Source: Octopus sinensis | Taxonomy: Eukaryota | Assembly: GCF_006345805.1 (NCBI RefSeq) | Contig: NC_043000.1 | Span: forward strand, 83,390,001-83,454,000 | DNA length: 64,000 bases | Direction of reading: 5' to 3' | Shown here: positions 14,086 to 28,007 of the stretch, in pieces | Layout: each line of letters begins with the position of its first letter | Numbering within the stretch: the first letter of the stretch is position 1 | Notes under the pieces: generated by a model | The model's input: only the letters and a program-made list of their open reading frames with translations | Told to the model about the DNA's origin: nothing | Database searches by the model: none | Position numbers and translations under genes: made by a program

Positions 14086-14984
14086 AATTATAATTATTAT
14101 TAATGCTGCAACGACTACTAGTAGTAGTAGTAGTAGTAGTGGTGCTGGTGGTGGTGCTGGTGGTGGTGCTGGTGGTGGTGCTGGTGGTGGTGCTGGTGGT
14201 GCTGGTGCTGGTGCTAGTTGTGGTTGTGGTGCTGGTGGTAGTGCTGCTGCTGCTGGTGGTGCTGGTGGTGCTGGTGGTGCTGGTGCTGGTGGTGGTTGTG
14301 ATGGTGGTGGTTGTTTTTATTTTATATTGTCAATTGTTCTTATTTGCCCTTAACCTTTGACATTCAGTGGTACATCACTTACAACTTGTGACTCTGGCTA
14401 CACGCTAAAACTAGGAGCAAAGTACAGCCGAAGCAGCACCAAGGCACTGCTGTCGCTGCTGCCACCGTTGCCGCAGATTATGATGATGACGACAACGAAA
14501 ACGACGAAAAGGACGATGATATCTATACCGTCATCAACAAAAACAAAAATTGAGAATTTATTCGTTTTATAAACTGAAGCTTGTACAATTTAGCAGAGGT
14601 TGGTAGAGATGAATGATATCTCTACCAGCCTTTACCAACCAGAATTGGAACTTGAATTGTAAAGCGGACTAACTAACCAGCACAAGTATTTTACTCTACA
14701 CTTAGAACATCGTCGGAAAATCTTTCTAAGGCATTTCATAGATTTTTTTCATCAAGCAAAGAACTTATAAAAATGGGGAGATTCATGAATGTAAAGTTTA
14801 CTTTGTAAACTGTATTGTTAGTGCTACTTTAGCGTGCAGTCTACCTAACCATTTACACTTTAGCATGCAGTCTAATCCTAACCTAACCATAACGCTAACT
14901 CTAAATCTTAACCCTAACCCAAAACTCTAGTCCTAATCAAAACACGGATCAGTCATTTCATAGCGTAGACTCCCTCTGAAGAGG

Positions 14985-15152
14985 GTTATGCCGATTACAT
15001 CGACCCCTTTGCTCAACAGGTATTTATTTTATCGACCCTGAAAGGATGAAAGGCGAAGTCAACCTCGGCGGAATTTGAGCTCTGAACATAAAGACGGACG
15101 AAATGCGGCTAATTTTGACTGGTGTGTTAATGATTCTACCTGTTCACTGCCT
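14985..15152 (-). mobile_element. SINE family B
   Basis: Same core on minus strand, extends to the tRNA-like head. Confidence 0.8.
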
Positions 15153-15289
15153 TAGAGATATTAAATATTAAAAGCATATGTAGCTTCTGGATTTTGTGTA
15201 TGAGTGTTAATACCATAATCTTTATCGGCACGCATATATACATACATGCATGCATACATGCGTAGGTACTTACATAAAAAAGTTTATTA

Positions 15290-16090
15290 TGGAATAGATA
15301 TAGTGAATCTCCCTGTTATTGAATACGTACACACACATCAACACAAGGAATATTGGTGGAACATTACCATCAAAACATCTGTCAAGTGTAAACATAAAGA
15401 GGCTGCATATTGTTTTGAGCCAGACAAAAGACACCTATGTACTGTCATAGAGGTTAGCTGTCCTGCTGATGTGAATATCTCATGAAAATCAATGAGAAAG
15501 AGGATAATTATGAACAACTTACTCTGAAATCTCCAGTTTCTATATCTAGGTTATAAATTCACATTTATACCAATAACTAATGGTGGGCTTGGTTTTTGTG
15601 AGTAAAGTGACAATCTGGATAAGCTAGAGTTTTCAGAAAAAAGGAATCAACCAACTCACACATTACAAATACAATGGAATTGGAACAATAAGAATATGCA
15701 AGACTTTTCTCAAGTTTAAAATGTGGATTTATTTTTGTTAACTCCAGTTTAACGATGGTGCTTTGGTAGGAATCAGTACCTTCCTCAGAGAAAGAATTAA
15801 AATAATTAAAAACAGAAGAGAACAAACATGCGCATACCCATAGAGATTAGCATCCTTGCAGATGTGAATATGTATTCCAAAATCTATAAGAAGTAGAATA
15901 ATTTATGGACACTGCAACTCCTCTATCCTGACGACAAATTTTCATTTATACCAATAATCATGTTAGTAAATGTCTACGCTACAATCTGAAAAGGCTAGAT
16001 TTTCAAAGAAAATTATTGTTTAACTCAAACTTTAATGACATAATCTTGAAGTGGACCAGTAAAAATTTGCAAGACTTTCTGAAAGTTCGA
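15290..16090 (+). pseudogene. Two tandem degraded RLE-endonuclease (R4/Dong-like) LINE 3' ends
   Basis: EYWWNITIKTSVKCKH..CTVIEVSCPADVNI*KINEKEDNY; second similar block EISILADVN from ~15840; related to 49330-50300. Confidence 0.65.
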
Positions 16091-16238
16091 TGAGTAACTA
16101 TTATTGTTGTTGTTGTTATCCCAATTCCAATGATGGGGCTTTCGTTTCTTTATCAGAAATCAACTCCCTCCTAGAAAGAATACTAATAAATAAAAAAGAA
16201 ATGGCATACATACATAATACATACTTACGTAATAGATA

Positions 16239-17016
16239 TGTAGTGGTTCATGCAGGCATGGAGTGGATTCGATCCTCGATAGCCAAATTTCACCAAATTT
16301 CACTTGACATTTCAACATCACTTTTCTCACGGTAAAACAATAGTTTTTCTGTGACTGACAGCAGTTACATTTGCCAGATACTTTCGCTAAGCAGAATAAT
16401 GTCTTTGTCACTTGACCCTTCTAACCTCTTTTAGGCCACAAAAGGCTAGAATAGAGATAACAGACCGCCAACGAAATCTATTGTTCTCAACAATATGTCT
16501 ATCCGTCAAGCTGGTTTTGGATAGTTATAAAAACAAGAACTCCGTAAGCTAAAGTCGATAAGTGAGGACCAAGTCTGAAGGAAAAGGCACAAAGGGACAA
16601 CTACGGTAACTCACCAACGAAGCAACTGTTTCGTCTCACTACTCTCACTTTCACTAACTCACTTTCTTTTCTCTGTAACTTTACCATATCTCTCTATGCA
16701 TATTACTGCTATGCGATCGTGTACACATATAGGTCGAAATTAACTCTTTTTTACTTGCATGCTTTTCCACGTACTAGTTATACATACTAACCCGTCGTGA
16801 TTTTGGACAGTAACGGTAAATAAATATCTCTGTACAACATCAATCACTGTTCTTCTTCTATCTTGCATACTGGCAACCAACACCTTAACAACAACCGCTA
16901 CAATTGTTGACCCTCGACTGCTACGAAGTATGCGAGGTAAAAAGAGTTAATTTCGGCCGGTATGTGTGTACACGATCTCATAGTAGTATATATAGAGAAA
17001 TATAGTAACCGTTACA
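16239..17016 (+). mobile_element. Solo LTR (family L1)
   Basis: TGTAGT...GTTACA termini, 4-bp TSD GATA (16235-38, 17017-20), TATAAAA at 16526, AATAAA at 16819; homologous to 33389, 41606, 51678. Confidence 0.9.
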
Positions 17017-17067
17017 GATACATGATATATATGTAATACACACATATATATATATAATATATATATA

Positions 17068-17126
<59 letters not shown>

Positions 17127-17391
17127 GTGATTGCTCCACTTTCACAGACGATTACTGTCCCCTTCTGCTCCCTCGTTGTCAATGACATTCCTGACTTTCC
17201 GCCCTCGACCTTTCATAAGACTATTCAATCCGTTGCATGGTTTGAAGCTAAAGTGAGAGACAAAAGTTGTAACTTGCTGTACGCTTTCAAGTGGTTAGTT
17301 CTACACACGTCACCGATCTCCAATTGCTTTAGGACCTTCACTAGATGAAACGATAAATGAGGTCACCATAAAGAGAGATCTGTACGTCATT

Positions 17392-17560
17392 GGGGTATGT
17401 TTATCCTGAGTATGACTTTAAACTGCATCTGGTAGTGTGGTTTTGGTTCCGGAGTTCAATTGTTTTGAGGAGTGTAGAACCACCCTTTAGCCAGGTCTGC
17501 TTTTAGTCAGGTCAACTCTTACCCGGAGTAGTAGCATTTGCCTGAGTCTCAGCTATGGGT
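17392..17560 (+). repeat. Dispersed repeat with an inverted second copy at ~18165-18290
   Basis: gagtatgactttaaactgcatctg...acccggagtagtagca vs reverse complement gggtataacctcaaaatgcatccg...acccagagtaatagca. Confidence 0.55.
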
Positions 17561-19064
17561 TAACTCGCATATGTGATAATACTGTATATGAGCGCAGAAA
17601 TACCCTTAGTTGGTGCGAGGGTGCGCAGTAATTGACCCTAGCATCCTCTTGGGGAGGGACATTCTAATGTAAAACCTGCGGTTTCGCGTGATTACTGGTC
17701 GTCTCGCTTCGGCCGGTCACTGGGTACTAATCACGGAGACTCGTGAGTGATACTCATGTTGTACAACCATTTATCACATACATACATACATACATACATA
17801 CATACATACATACATACATACATACATACATACATACATACGCACACACGCACACACATAGATACATGCATACATAATGGAAGTCAGCTCGTGATCGGGT
17901 TGGGCCTCTTCCGAAACTCCGTGCAAACGTTCCGAGTCCAAGAAGTTCGGGTGAATGAATTTCCTTTGAGTGAATAAATTATTTCATTTCAATGAACTCA
18001 CTTTTCAGTGGCACAACTGAGGTTGAGACGATCAGAAAACGGCTGCACTTCAGTTTTGTTTTTTGTTGTTTATTTTCTATACGAGTTTACCTACTCCTAG
18101 AAGGAATTTCTAAGAACTAGCGGTCCTTCACTCCTAGTGGTCCACTTGCTATTTTTCTTCAAAGCTGGAACCCTGGCAGGTGCTATTACTCTGGGTCTAA
18201 TTAGACCGGGAAACAAAAGTCATTAAATACTGGTTCGACACTCTGCAAAACCCTGGAACTGTCGGATGCATTTTGAGGTTATACCCAAAAGGCACTTATA
18301 CACATGCCTGCTGGACTATATTGTTCTCCACAAAAGAAAAAAAAATCGACGGCAGTATACAGCAATGATTGGCACTGCTCACTGCTAGAGTTGGGAAAAT
18401 TTCCGCTCGATATAGATTAACAGAAATGGGTTGGCTTGAAATTTAGGGTTTTAAAAGAAGTGAAATTGACTGGATGTGACGGCAGTGACATCCGATAATT
18501 TTAAGTAAACAAGTCTATGTAAAAATACCACGGCTGCTATGTAACAATACCTCTATGTAACAATACTTCGGCTGCTATTTCTGAAATACTTAGGACAAAC
18601 GCAGCAAAATGAGGAAGCCCTGTCAATAAAATTAAGGGATTTCACCTTTTCTGTTTATGAAATTATGGACTTGTCCGGTCAATTTAGTTTAATTTTTTAA
18701 ACCCTTAAACCGCATATCAACGCCAAATTGTCCCGCTTCGAGGCCATAACTAATGGGGAAATTGTAGACAAAAACTGATACATGTAGAACGTAGTGTATT
18801 AATTGTCAAAATTTAAGTATAGAATGACTACAACCTGTTGACAGAAACGCTATCCTGCAAGTTCATTTTTATGAGTCAGCAACATAAAGGAAGAAACATA
18901 AGTCTGTAAAAAAAAAAAATTCCATTAATATCTGATCATCAAAACAATATTTTGTGACGTAAAAGAGCTCTTAATAATGACATAATGATAGGAGTAAATA
19001 GTATATGAAAGGAAACAATACCAATCCCAACTGTAAAACCGTGACAACCGCATTAAGCGCAACA

Positions 19065-19155
<91 letters not shown>

Positions 19156-19174
19156 CGCGTCGTATGTATATCTG

Positions 19175-19615
19175 CAGGATCTCTAAAAAATGTGAACACA
19201 CATTAAATAATAAATTGATTATAAAGTCAGTGCTTATTAATATAGATTTTCTTTTGAAAAATTAATTGACAGAATTTAATTTTCACATGAAATGCTTTCA
19301 AACTGGTGATCGTTCTGGTCCAGGCACTGCTGATGATCATAGCAAGGAAACCACGAATATCAAGTAATATTTCGTTAGGTATTTGCGCACATTTTCGTTC
19401 AGTGAGTTCCCTCAAATCATCGACTGTTGCCGGTTTTGTACCGTAAACTTCATCTTTGAAGAATCTGCACAAAAAACAGTCTAGTGGCATGAGGTCCGGT
19501 GAACACGAAAAGTATTTTACTGAAGCTCTTCGTCCATTCCACTTGTTTGCAAGGTAGGCCTTTACATTACTGTGGTAGAGTGAGGGTACCCCAATCTTGC
19601 TGGAAATAAATTTCT
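19175..19615 (-). pseudogene. Tc1/mariner (rosa/DD41D-like) transposase 3' fragment
   Basis: YFQQD..SPDLMPLDCFLCRFFKDEVYGTKPATVDDLRE; subgroup is an inference from the SPDL.PLD.FL motif. Confidence 0.75.
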
Positions 19616-19619
19616 ACGT

Positions 19620-19738
19620 CAGTGGTTCTCAACCGAAGTCCATATAACCACTGGCGTCCATATAAGATGTTTGGGTGCCCACACAAGCTTTGTAAATTGG
19701 ACGTCCACGGAAATATTTTAAGGGGCTCATAAATAAAT
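19620..19738. mobile_element. hAT/Charlie-like MITE end
   Basis: CAGTGGTTCTCAACC terminus; truncated by the next element. Confidence 0.55.
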
Positions 19739-19740
19739 CT

Positions 19741-19951
19741 GGATCTTTACCTTTTGACCGACAGATTTAGAAAATAATTTTTTGCAACCAAACACTTTCA
19801 AACTTCGGACACTGGTAGAATGTGTCAAATAAAACATCTTTTACTCTTAGCATTTTTGAGAAAAGTTTATATTTACGAAGTTATTTCGTGTTAAACTTGT
19901 CGTGTTTCAGTAATTTCAACCAATCAATGACGTGCATTCAGCTGAACAAAA
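19741..19951 (+). mobile_element. GGATCTTT-terminated (Merlin-like) MITE, partial
   Basis: Reverse complement of 58230-58440; related to the complete copy at 31125. Confidence 0.75.
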
Positions 19952-20950
19952 GGAAATTTCAAATAGTTTCAATGTGAGAATATTTGGCCTTCGTTGTTAG
20001 TCAAATTACGTTGGTAATTTGGCCCCAAGTATCACCTCCAGAGATTGGCAAATCAATGTCTGCAGACCTTCAGGTTAATAGTGGGTATCTATTAGGGCCT
20101 ATATCCGAATGTAAGTAGGCTACAGAGATAGTACGGGAAAGAGGGCATGGATCAGGACAATAAAGAGAATTAACTTCCTCTCAAAAGCAATAACATTAGA
20201 GTCGAACAAACAACACTTCTAGAACTGTATGCGGTCTCTCATTAATAACTAAAAAGCCGGTAAGGAAGACTAAGCTATCGCTAAATTTTAGACATAAACC
20301 TAAAGTTTTCTATGCATTTGCCCTAAAATCAGACAAACCGAAAGTCTTCCATGAATTTGTCCTAAAGTAGCCCTATACTATTTAAAAATAGTATAGGGCT
20401 ACTTTTTCATCCAACGGTTAACTGATCGACGAACCCAACATCCTTTACAACGATGCAAACGCTATGGAAGAGATTTTACAGAAGCAATACGACTGCCTTA
20501 AGTTATTCTGATGCACTTGATTTAAGTAGCGTTGAAATAAATCCCCAACATATCAATCCTGACATAGCTTTCAGTACCGTGGACTTTATTGTGGCAATTA
20601 ATATTATTAAACTCAATTCCTCAGTAGGCCCTAACAGATACCCGCCATTATCCTGAAGGTCTGCAGACATCGATTTGTTAATCTCTGGAGAAGACACTCG
20701 AGGCCAAATTACCAACGTAATTACAACGAAGGCCAAATATTCTCACATTGAAACTATCTAAAATTTCCGCTGAAAATCTCCTACTCTGACTTCATACATC
20801 TGCGCCTTAAAAGAAATTTTAAAACGGATTCTAGGTGAGAATATTGAGGCATACATTGTTAGTTAACATCATGTCGACACATTTTTTAGGGAACGACATC
20901 ACCTTTTTCATTACATACTTCTCGTAATAAGACGTTGGCGTCAGGTAATT
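19952..20950 (+). pseudogene. Degraded CR1-like LINE ORF2 fragment with inverted duplication
   Basis: DIAFSTVDFIVAINIIKLNSSVGPNRYP resembles the pre-RT SS.GPDG.P motif; 19952-20101 is an inverted copy of 20625-20768. Confidence 0.55.
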
Positions 20951-21143
20951 GGTAAAATTTGCCTCTCTCTCTCTCTCTCTCTCGGAAGCCTATATCTATT
21001 TTTGTTTAAGGGTCGTGGTACTGAGTGGTTTTCATACATGCCACTATAACTGTATCCTCAAACAGCTGTCAAGATACTTTGATATTGAAGGAAGTTCACA
21101 AGTGATAGGTTCTGTATAATCGCACTCCATTCCTTTTTATCTA

Positions 21144-22629
21144 CACTGGCCAAAATAAGTTAAAACCGATGACAGTTTTATACTTTCATTAACAGATTTT
21201 TAACAAAACTATATAAAATTATTTTACTGTTTACAGTTTATGTAGAACTTTTTCTCTTTCGAATGATATAGGCGTTATATATCTTTCTACAATTCGAATA
21301 ATTTTAACGCGCAATTAATTCAAATGATTAAAAATTATCGGCAAAATAAGATTAAGACCGTACCAAGATTATGCAAATCAATAAACCAAATGGGTGGTCA
21401 TATGGCTGGTCGTATTGCACTGTTTTGTTTAATAATCGAGCATTGTTACATGTTAATTTGCTATGGGAAAGCGTCGTAACATCAGCCCAGTTACTAGATC
21501 AGAGATCGTGTTGCTTCAGCAAAATGTATCCTTCATGAACATTAGCAAACAATTAGGATGCAGCAAAACGGCTTGTGTTCAGGCGTGGAAGCTTTACCAA
21601 GCCACCGGCCAATACAAAGTTCGGCAAAGAACGGACGCTCCGAGAAAAACAACAGTACAGATGGATCGGCCAATTCTTCAGTTGTTTGGCCGGATCGCTC
21701 GAAAGAAGCCGGTAATTTCTGAGACGAACCGGCGGATGCGGATCAAGTTTGCTAAAAGCCATATTGAAGACTGGTCAGAAGTTCTTTGGAGCGACGAATC
21801 CCACTTTTGCATCTTTGGATCAGACGGAAAACTTGTGTTAGACGCCGTCCAAGTGAAGAATTCCATCCTGTGTCACGAAAACGGTGCAAGCGGAAGGTGG
21901 GGTATGGGGTAATGGTGTGGGTCGCGTTCAGTAGCTTATGTGTTGGTTCAATTGTTAAGGTTTGTGGCAGACTGAACAGTGTAGACTGTCTGCAATTAGT
22001 AAATGAAAATGTGCTGCCATATTTAAATAATCAGATGTCACCGGGATCTATTTTGCAGCAGGAAAATTGCCTCGTTCATAAGGCTAGGAAAGTTTTGCGA
22101 TATTTTGAGCACAATGATATGGTGCTTATTGAGTGACCTCCGCAGAGCCCGGATTTGAATCCGATAGATAATTTATAGAATTATGTTTCTAAAAAAAACA
22201 ACTAATTTGTCCCAATTATATAATTTTATTGAAGAAATATGGCAGAACATTCCAAGTGATTTTTGTGCTTATTTGTTGAACTCCATGTCTCGCCGTTGCA
22301 AGGTCGTAATTGAAAATAATGGCTATGGAATTAGATACTACTCATAAATTTTTGTTCGTTGATCATTTGCGTCGTAAATTTTCAATTCAGACAAAATAAT
22401 GTTGGTACGGTCTTAAACTTATTTCGCCGACAATTTTTACTTAATTTGAATCAATTGCGCGTTAAATTATTCAAATTGTAGAAAGATATATAACGCCTAT
22501 ATCATTCGAAAGAAAAAAGAATTCTACATAAACTATAAAAAGTAAAATAATTTTATACAGTTTTGTTTAAAATATATTAATGAAGGAATAGAACTGTCAT
22601 CATCGGTCTTAAACTTATTTTGGCCAGTG
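21144..22629 (+). mobile_element. Full-length defective Tc1 transposon with ~220-bp IR/DR termini
   Basis: TA|CACTGGCCAAAATAAG ... CTTATTTTGGCCAGTG|TA; TIRs ~21144-21366 and ~22402-22629, each with outer and inner copies of GG(C)CAAAATAAG.TTAA.ACCG. Confidence 0.95.
21463..22340 (+). pseudogene. Tc1 DD34E-type transposase pseudogene
   Basis: MGKRRNIS.. paired-like HTH, ARKKPVIS, WSDESHF, VMVWVAFS, QQENCLVH, *PPQSPDLNPIDNL*; frameshift, stops and internal deletion. Confidence 0.92.
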
Positions 22630-22699
22630 TAGGTCTATATTATCAAATAGATGCGCTGGGATCATGTGTTTATTTTTTGGATGTTGAGAATGAGATTAC

Positions 22700-23660
22700 C
22701 GAGCACCATGACATAGAGAGACAGAAGGATTTTTTGGTCTGTGATATTGTGAATAGTGCTATCACGGTTGCTCAACTTTAGATTCAAAGAACTTTATGTT
22801 CTGTATTCTTGGCTCGAGTACAAGTTAGGATAAGAAAAACAAAGTCATTCATAAGCTGGAAATGTATCTCTACGGTTGTTTTGTCTGAGACTGAGATGCA
22901 AATTCTTGGTGTCAGCATATTCAAAAACTAATCAGCAACGAGAAGATTGAAGTCGCTCATCACTAATGTGTTACCAGAGTTACTTTGTTGAGTGAAAAGT
23001 TTAACTTTCTAAGGGCACTTTTGGAAGTAGAGTGAAACGATTAAAGAGACCTACTGAGTCAGATTATTGACAAGTTATTGACTTTGTTGTGTATGGACAG
23101 TTATTCATAATAGCCTTTGGAAAATACGTCCTTTACATTGGCGGTAATGGAATCATGGAGGTAAACAGCAATACCTGTCTTTCTTCGGCCTGCGTGATAT
23201 ACTTGAATGGTGGTAAAATCTCCAGCGTCTACGAGAAAGCTGTTGAGGTAGGTCTCAGAATGAAGAAAAGGATTAAGAGTAGTTGATCGGCGAGCCAGAC
23301 TTCAATGTATGGACATTTCCATTTTTGCGCATTGGTAGATGGGTCGGTCTCTTCGGTATTTAATGGGAGAGTCATTGCTGAAGCAACGGGGTTTTTTGTG
23401 TTTTTTTTTTTGGTGTGGGTTGCTTCACGGACTGTGAATTGCCCTCGTTGTTGTGTAGGGACAATGTTAGTAGTTCTTCATGCACTGATGTGACAGTAGA
23501 GGTCAGTGTGCTATAGTGAGAATGATTATCTGGGTTTCTTCGGTCAGATTCAGCGCAGCTGAAGAAAAAAAAACGTTTTTCTTGGTTAGAGACTAGCTGG
23601 CATCTGTTGTGCTTGTACAACTTGATGTGATTACGATTGGTGCTTTTGATCACTTCGAAT
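22700..23660 (-). pseudogene. Degraded CR1-like LINE, AP-endonuclease region
   Basis: Minus translation SETYLNS..RRKTGIAVYLHD and LVMSDFNL resemble APE motifs ETWL, GGVAIY, GDFN. Confidence 0.6.
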
Positions 23661-23903
23661 GCATTTTCGTTTCCTGATTTGAGAACAGATCAGCATTAAC
23701 CGTAGCAAGGAATGATGTTACTAACCGTAATGGTTAGGTATTGTGCCATTATTAGGATAGAGGACAGATTTGGCAGAGGATACGTAATCGTGTCCTATTC
23801 GTGAGCGGTTAATAATGAGTTTCTCAGTTGCGTGTCTAATTCTTGGGAAGTGGGTGAATGGACAGTCACGCTGTGAGCATATTCTTTCCCGTAGGGAATA
23901 GCG

Positions 23904-23965
<62 letters not shown>

Positions 23966-24198
23966 TGTGTGTCGCTCCCAGGAACTAGACGCGCAATTAA
24001 AAAACACATCATTAATCGCTCACGAAAAGGATATATATATATAGATAGATATACACACACATAAGAAATTAGAATGACAAAGAAATAAACAACCATGTCA
24101 TGAACATCTTTAGCTTAGAGCTATTTCTGCTATAGGATGCAATGCACTCATTGCTGAATGCTTGAGAGTATCACCCTATAACTTCATCGGAATTTCGA

Positions 24199-24257
<59 letters not shown>

Positions 24258-24596
24258 TGTGTGTGAGTGTGTGTGCGTGCGCGCGCGCGCCGGCGAATGT
24301 GTTAATATATAATTTTCCCGTCCTCATCATAACACATCTTTATTTATCGTCCGGTCTAGAGACTTTTTTTCTTGTTATTGTACTTGTCCCATCTTTTCTG
24401 TTCATTTTCGTTGCTCATTATTATTTCAGCAGCTTAAGCTGTTTGACACCGCCAAATTGAGTGATATTATTGTAGGTGCCGAAATTCTGGTGATAATTAG
24501 CTGATACATGATGAGGGACTGAGCATATGCTTTTCCTCTTTTGTTTTTTTGTTTCGTCTTTATTATTTTTTTCGTATATTCCTTTGTCGTTCCCCT

Positions 24597-24760
24597 GTGA
24601 AGTTGGCATTTCTTCCGGCTCTACGTTCTGAGTACAAATGCCACCGAGATCGACTTTGCTTCTCATCATTTCGTGGTCGATGAAATAAGTATCAGTGTAG
24701 CACTTGAGTCAATGCAATCAACTAACCTCTCCTACAAAATTTCAGGCCTTGTGAAAGGAT
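24597..24760 (+). mobile_element. SINE family B, short-tail type
   Basis: Core plus tail aaatttcaggccttgtg. Confidence 0.75.
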
Positions 24761-24775
24761 TATTATTATTATTAT

Positions 24776-24991
24776 TGAGTGAGAGAGCAGTTCATGCCAT
24801 CAAAGTGACACTGGGGTAAAATATACGAAGCCCAATATACCCATCATGACTACCCGTCTGATAAAGGTACACCAGGCACATGCATCACAACCATATGTGC
24901 GCGACATGGTGATCTCATATCAAGATAAACAGCACATGACCTTGCAGGTGGGGCCCAGTTAGAATTTTCTTCAGTATTATTATTATTATTA

Positions 24992-25026
<35 letters not shown>

Positions 25027-25183
25027 TTGCATGCCATCAAAATGACACTGGGGTAAAATATACGAAGCCCAGTATACCCATCATGACTACCCGCCTGATA
25101 AGGGTACACTAGGCACATGCATCACAACCATATGTGCGCAACATGGTGATCTCATATCAAGATAAACAGCACATGACCTTGCT
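24776..25183 (-). mobile_element. Two tandem 5'-truncated copies of a (TAA)n-embedded retroelement 3' end
   Basis: 24776-24974 and 25029-25183 are near-identical to each other and reverse-complementary to 28199-28400; separated by (TAT)n. Confidence 0.85.
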
Positions 25184-26271
25184 TATACCTTTATTATTGG
25201 TAATAAATATTAAAGTTAGAGGTCGTGAGTTTACTTCAGTTGTTCAACATGCAACTTTCTCCCACAAAAGAAAAGTCTAGCAATGATACTATCTCCACGG
25301 TGCGAGCAGCCAAACCACGATAATGGTTTATAATCTACTTCAACATTATATTTTTTAAAAAATGGTAGCGAGTTTATCCTCAAACTTGCGCACGTCCAAA
25401 CCAAACTGGTTTTTAAAATTATTCTCTTCCCGAACTCTCGGCAGGGAAGCACTCGCCTTTAACTTCCCATGAATATCAATTTTGGGTTAACACATAGGGT
25501 TACATGTATTGTCGTTAAATTATTACTCTCCACTGAGAGATGTCTAGTCACTGAATTATTAATAAAAATTATCGAGTAACACAAGTTGTGTTACCTAAGA
25601 TGATTTCATCCACCGCGTTTACTGTGTACAATAGTGATGATGTTGGTTAAGGAGTAATATAAATAAAACCAGAAAAGAAAAACGACAAATAACATGATAA
25701 ACGAATACTATTAGCAGTAAACGACAATATGACCGCAAGCACAACAACAAGAATAACAGCGACAGACAAAGACGGTAGGACTGAATTATAACTATCGATG
25801 TAATCATCTTGGATGAGTTATATTACATTAACACTGTGTGCACACACAGACTAAACTTGATACTAACACACGTTTGAAACCCACCTTCCTATCTCATACT
25901 CTGGATCATATTTAGAATTCAGCAAAAGCGGCCGAAATAATCGACCAGTAAAGAAATTTAATCTTTAACCAATCTAGCGACAGCAGATACAGGATGTAAA
26001 CTATTGGAGAGTGGTAATAAAAATGTATAAATGCTTCTCTGATTGAATGGAAAGTAAAGGAAGGTACTTTATTTTATCGACTCCGGTGGGAGTGATTTGC
26101 TTCAAGTCAGGATTTAGGAGTCACTCATTGATGGCACAACGTTGAGTCACGTTAAACTTAATTTACACATAATTCTCTCTTTTCTGGGTCTGTTTCCTCT
26201 CTCTTTCTCATTTACAAAATAAAATATTTCTTCATTCTCTGTTAATCTTTTCAAAACAGCAACTGCACACG

Positions 26272-26346
<75 letters not shown>

Positions 26347-26395
26347 GTATGTATATGTGTGTATATCTGTGTGTATGTATATAATAATAATAATG

Positions 26396-26460
<65 letters not shown>

Positions 26461-28007
26461 GAAACCACCAAGCAAAAAAGGTATGTGCTAAAGCTGCCCA
26501 TATAGCAAGGTATGACAAGCACGTTGGGTTCTTAGCGAAAGTACCAGTTACAGGTGCTATCAAAAGAAGAAGTGCAGGAATTTTGGAATAAAATTTGGGC
26601 AGAAGAAAAAAACATACAATGAAAAGGCCCCCTTGGATTGATAGAAATAGACTTAGACTCCTTAGAAGAGCAAAAATGGGAGGGTATCAAAGTAGAGGAT
26701 GTTAGATCTACTCTCAGGAAATCAAGCAAATGGAAGTCTCTAGGAAAGGATAAAATTCCTAACTTCTGGTTGAATGTCTTCCCAGAGAGCCATGAACTGC
26801 TAACAAAACTTTACAAAAATGTTTTGAACAACCTAGTATGATTCCCTCTTGGCTAGTTAATGGTGTAACATTCCTACTTCCAAAAAATGAAGAAACAAAT
26901 GAACCAAAAAATTATAGACCCATAACCTGCTTAAGAACAATGTATAAAATGCTAACAACTCACTTGACTGAATATACCTATAGTTTTTAAATATTCCCTA
27001 ATGAGCAAAAAGAATGTAAACGTGGGTCTTACGATTGTAAAGATCAGCTACTCATCAATAAGATGATCTTGGAAGATTGTCACAAACGACACAAAAACTT
27101 GTCGATAGCCTGGATAGACTATAGAAATGCTTTTGATAGTCTACCACATAGGTGGATTAAGAAATGTCTGGAAATGTATAAAATTGCACCTACTCTGCGA
27201 AACTTCTTGTTTGTAAGTATGAAATCATGAAGAACCACACTGACTTTGAACAGTGACAACGGATTTCTTAATGCTGGAGAGGTAAGAATTTCCTGTAGCA
27301 TTTTCCAGGGTGACTCTCTGTCACCACTCCTCTTTTGTCTAGCCTTAATACCTCTCTGGAAATTGCTCAATGATGTACAATACGGTTATAAAATGTTCGA
27401 TAAAAATATAAACCATCTCATTTACATGGATGATTTAAAGCTCTTTGCAAACAATAACCAACAACTACAGGGCCTACTAGCGATTGTTAAACAATTCAGT
27501 GATGGCATCAGGATGCAATTTGGCCTCGATAAATGTGCAAAAGCTACCTTTATCAAAGGAAAAATGACAGAAACATCCAATGTTAATCTTGAACAGCAGA
27601 ATGGCATAAAGAAATTAGAACCAGCAGAGAGCTACAAATACCTAGGGGTATTTGAAGGGGACAGAATCAAATATTCAGTGATGAGGGAAAGGATCAGAAG
27701 AGTATGTTATCGCTGGGTAAGGGAAATACTCAAGGCAGAACTGAATGCAGGAAACAGGATCGAAGCGATCAATACTTAATCATATCAGTCATGACTTACA
27801 GTTACAATATCATTAACTGGTCAATTACTGAAATAAGTAATCTTGACAGGAAAATACAAAAATTGTTGACAATGCATAGAATGCACTACTCTATGGCAGA
27901 TATAGATCGACTTTATCTGCCAAGAAAAGAGGGTGGCCGTGAACTTTTACAACTGGAATGAAGATTGCTACAATTGGCTTAGACACTTACCTGAAAAACT
28001 CTGATGA
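26461..28007 (+). pseudogene. Dong/R4-clade non-LTR retrotransposon RT region
   Basis: [64 protein letters not shown]; preceded by (AAT)n; stops and frameshifts. Confidence 0.92.

Noticed and set aside
14103-14360. Hydrophobic poly-Val/Leu membrane peptide
   Set aside because: Compound (GTA)(GTG)(CTG) triplet repeat.
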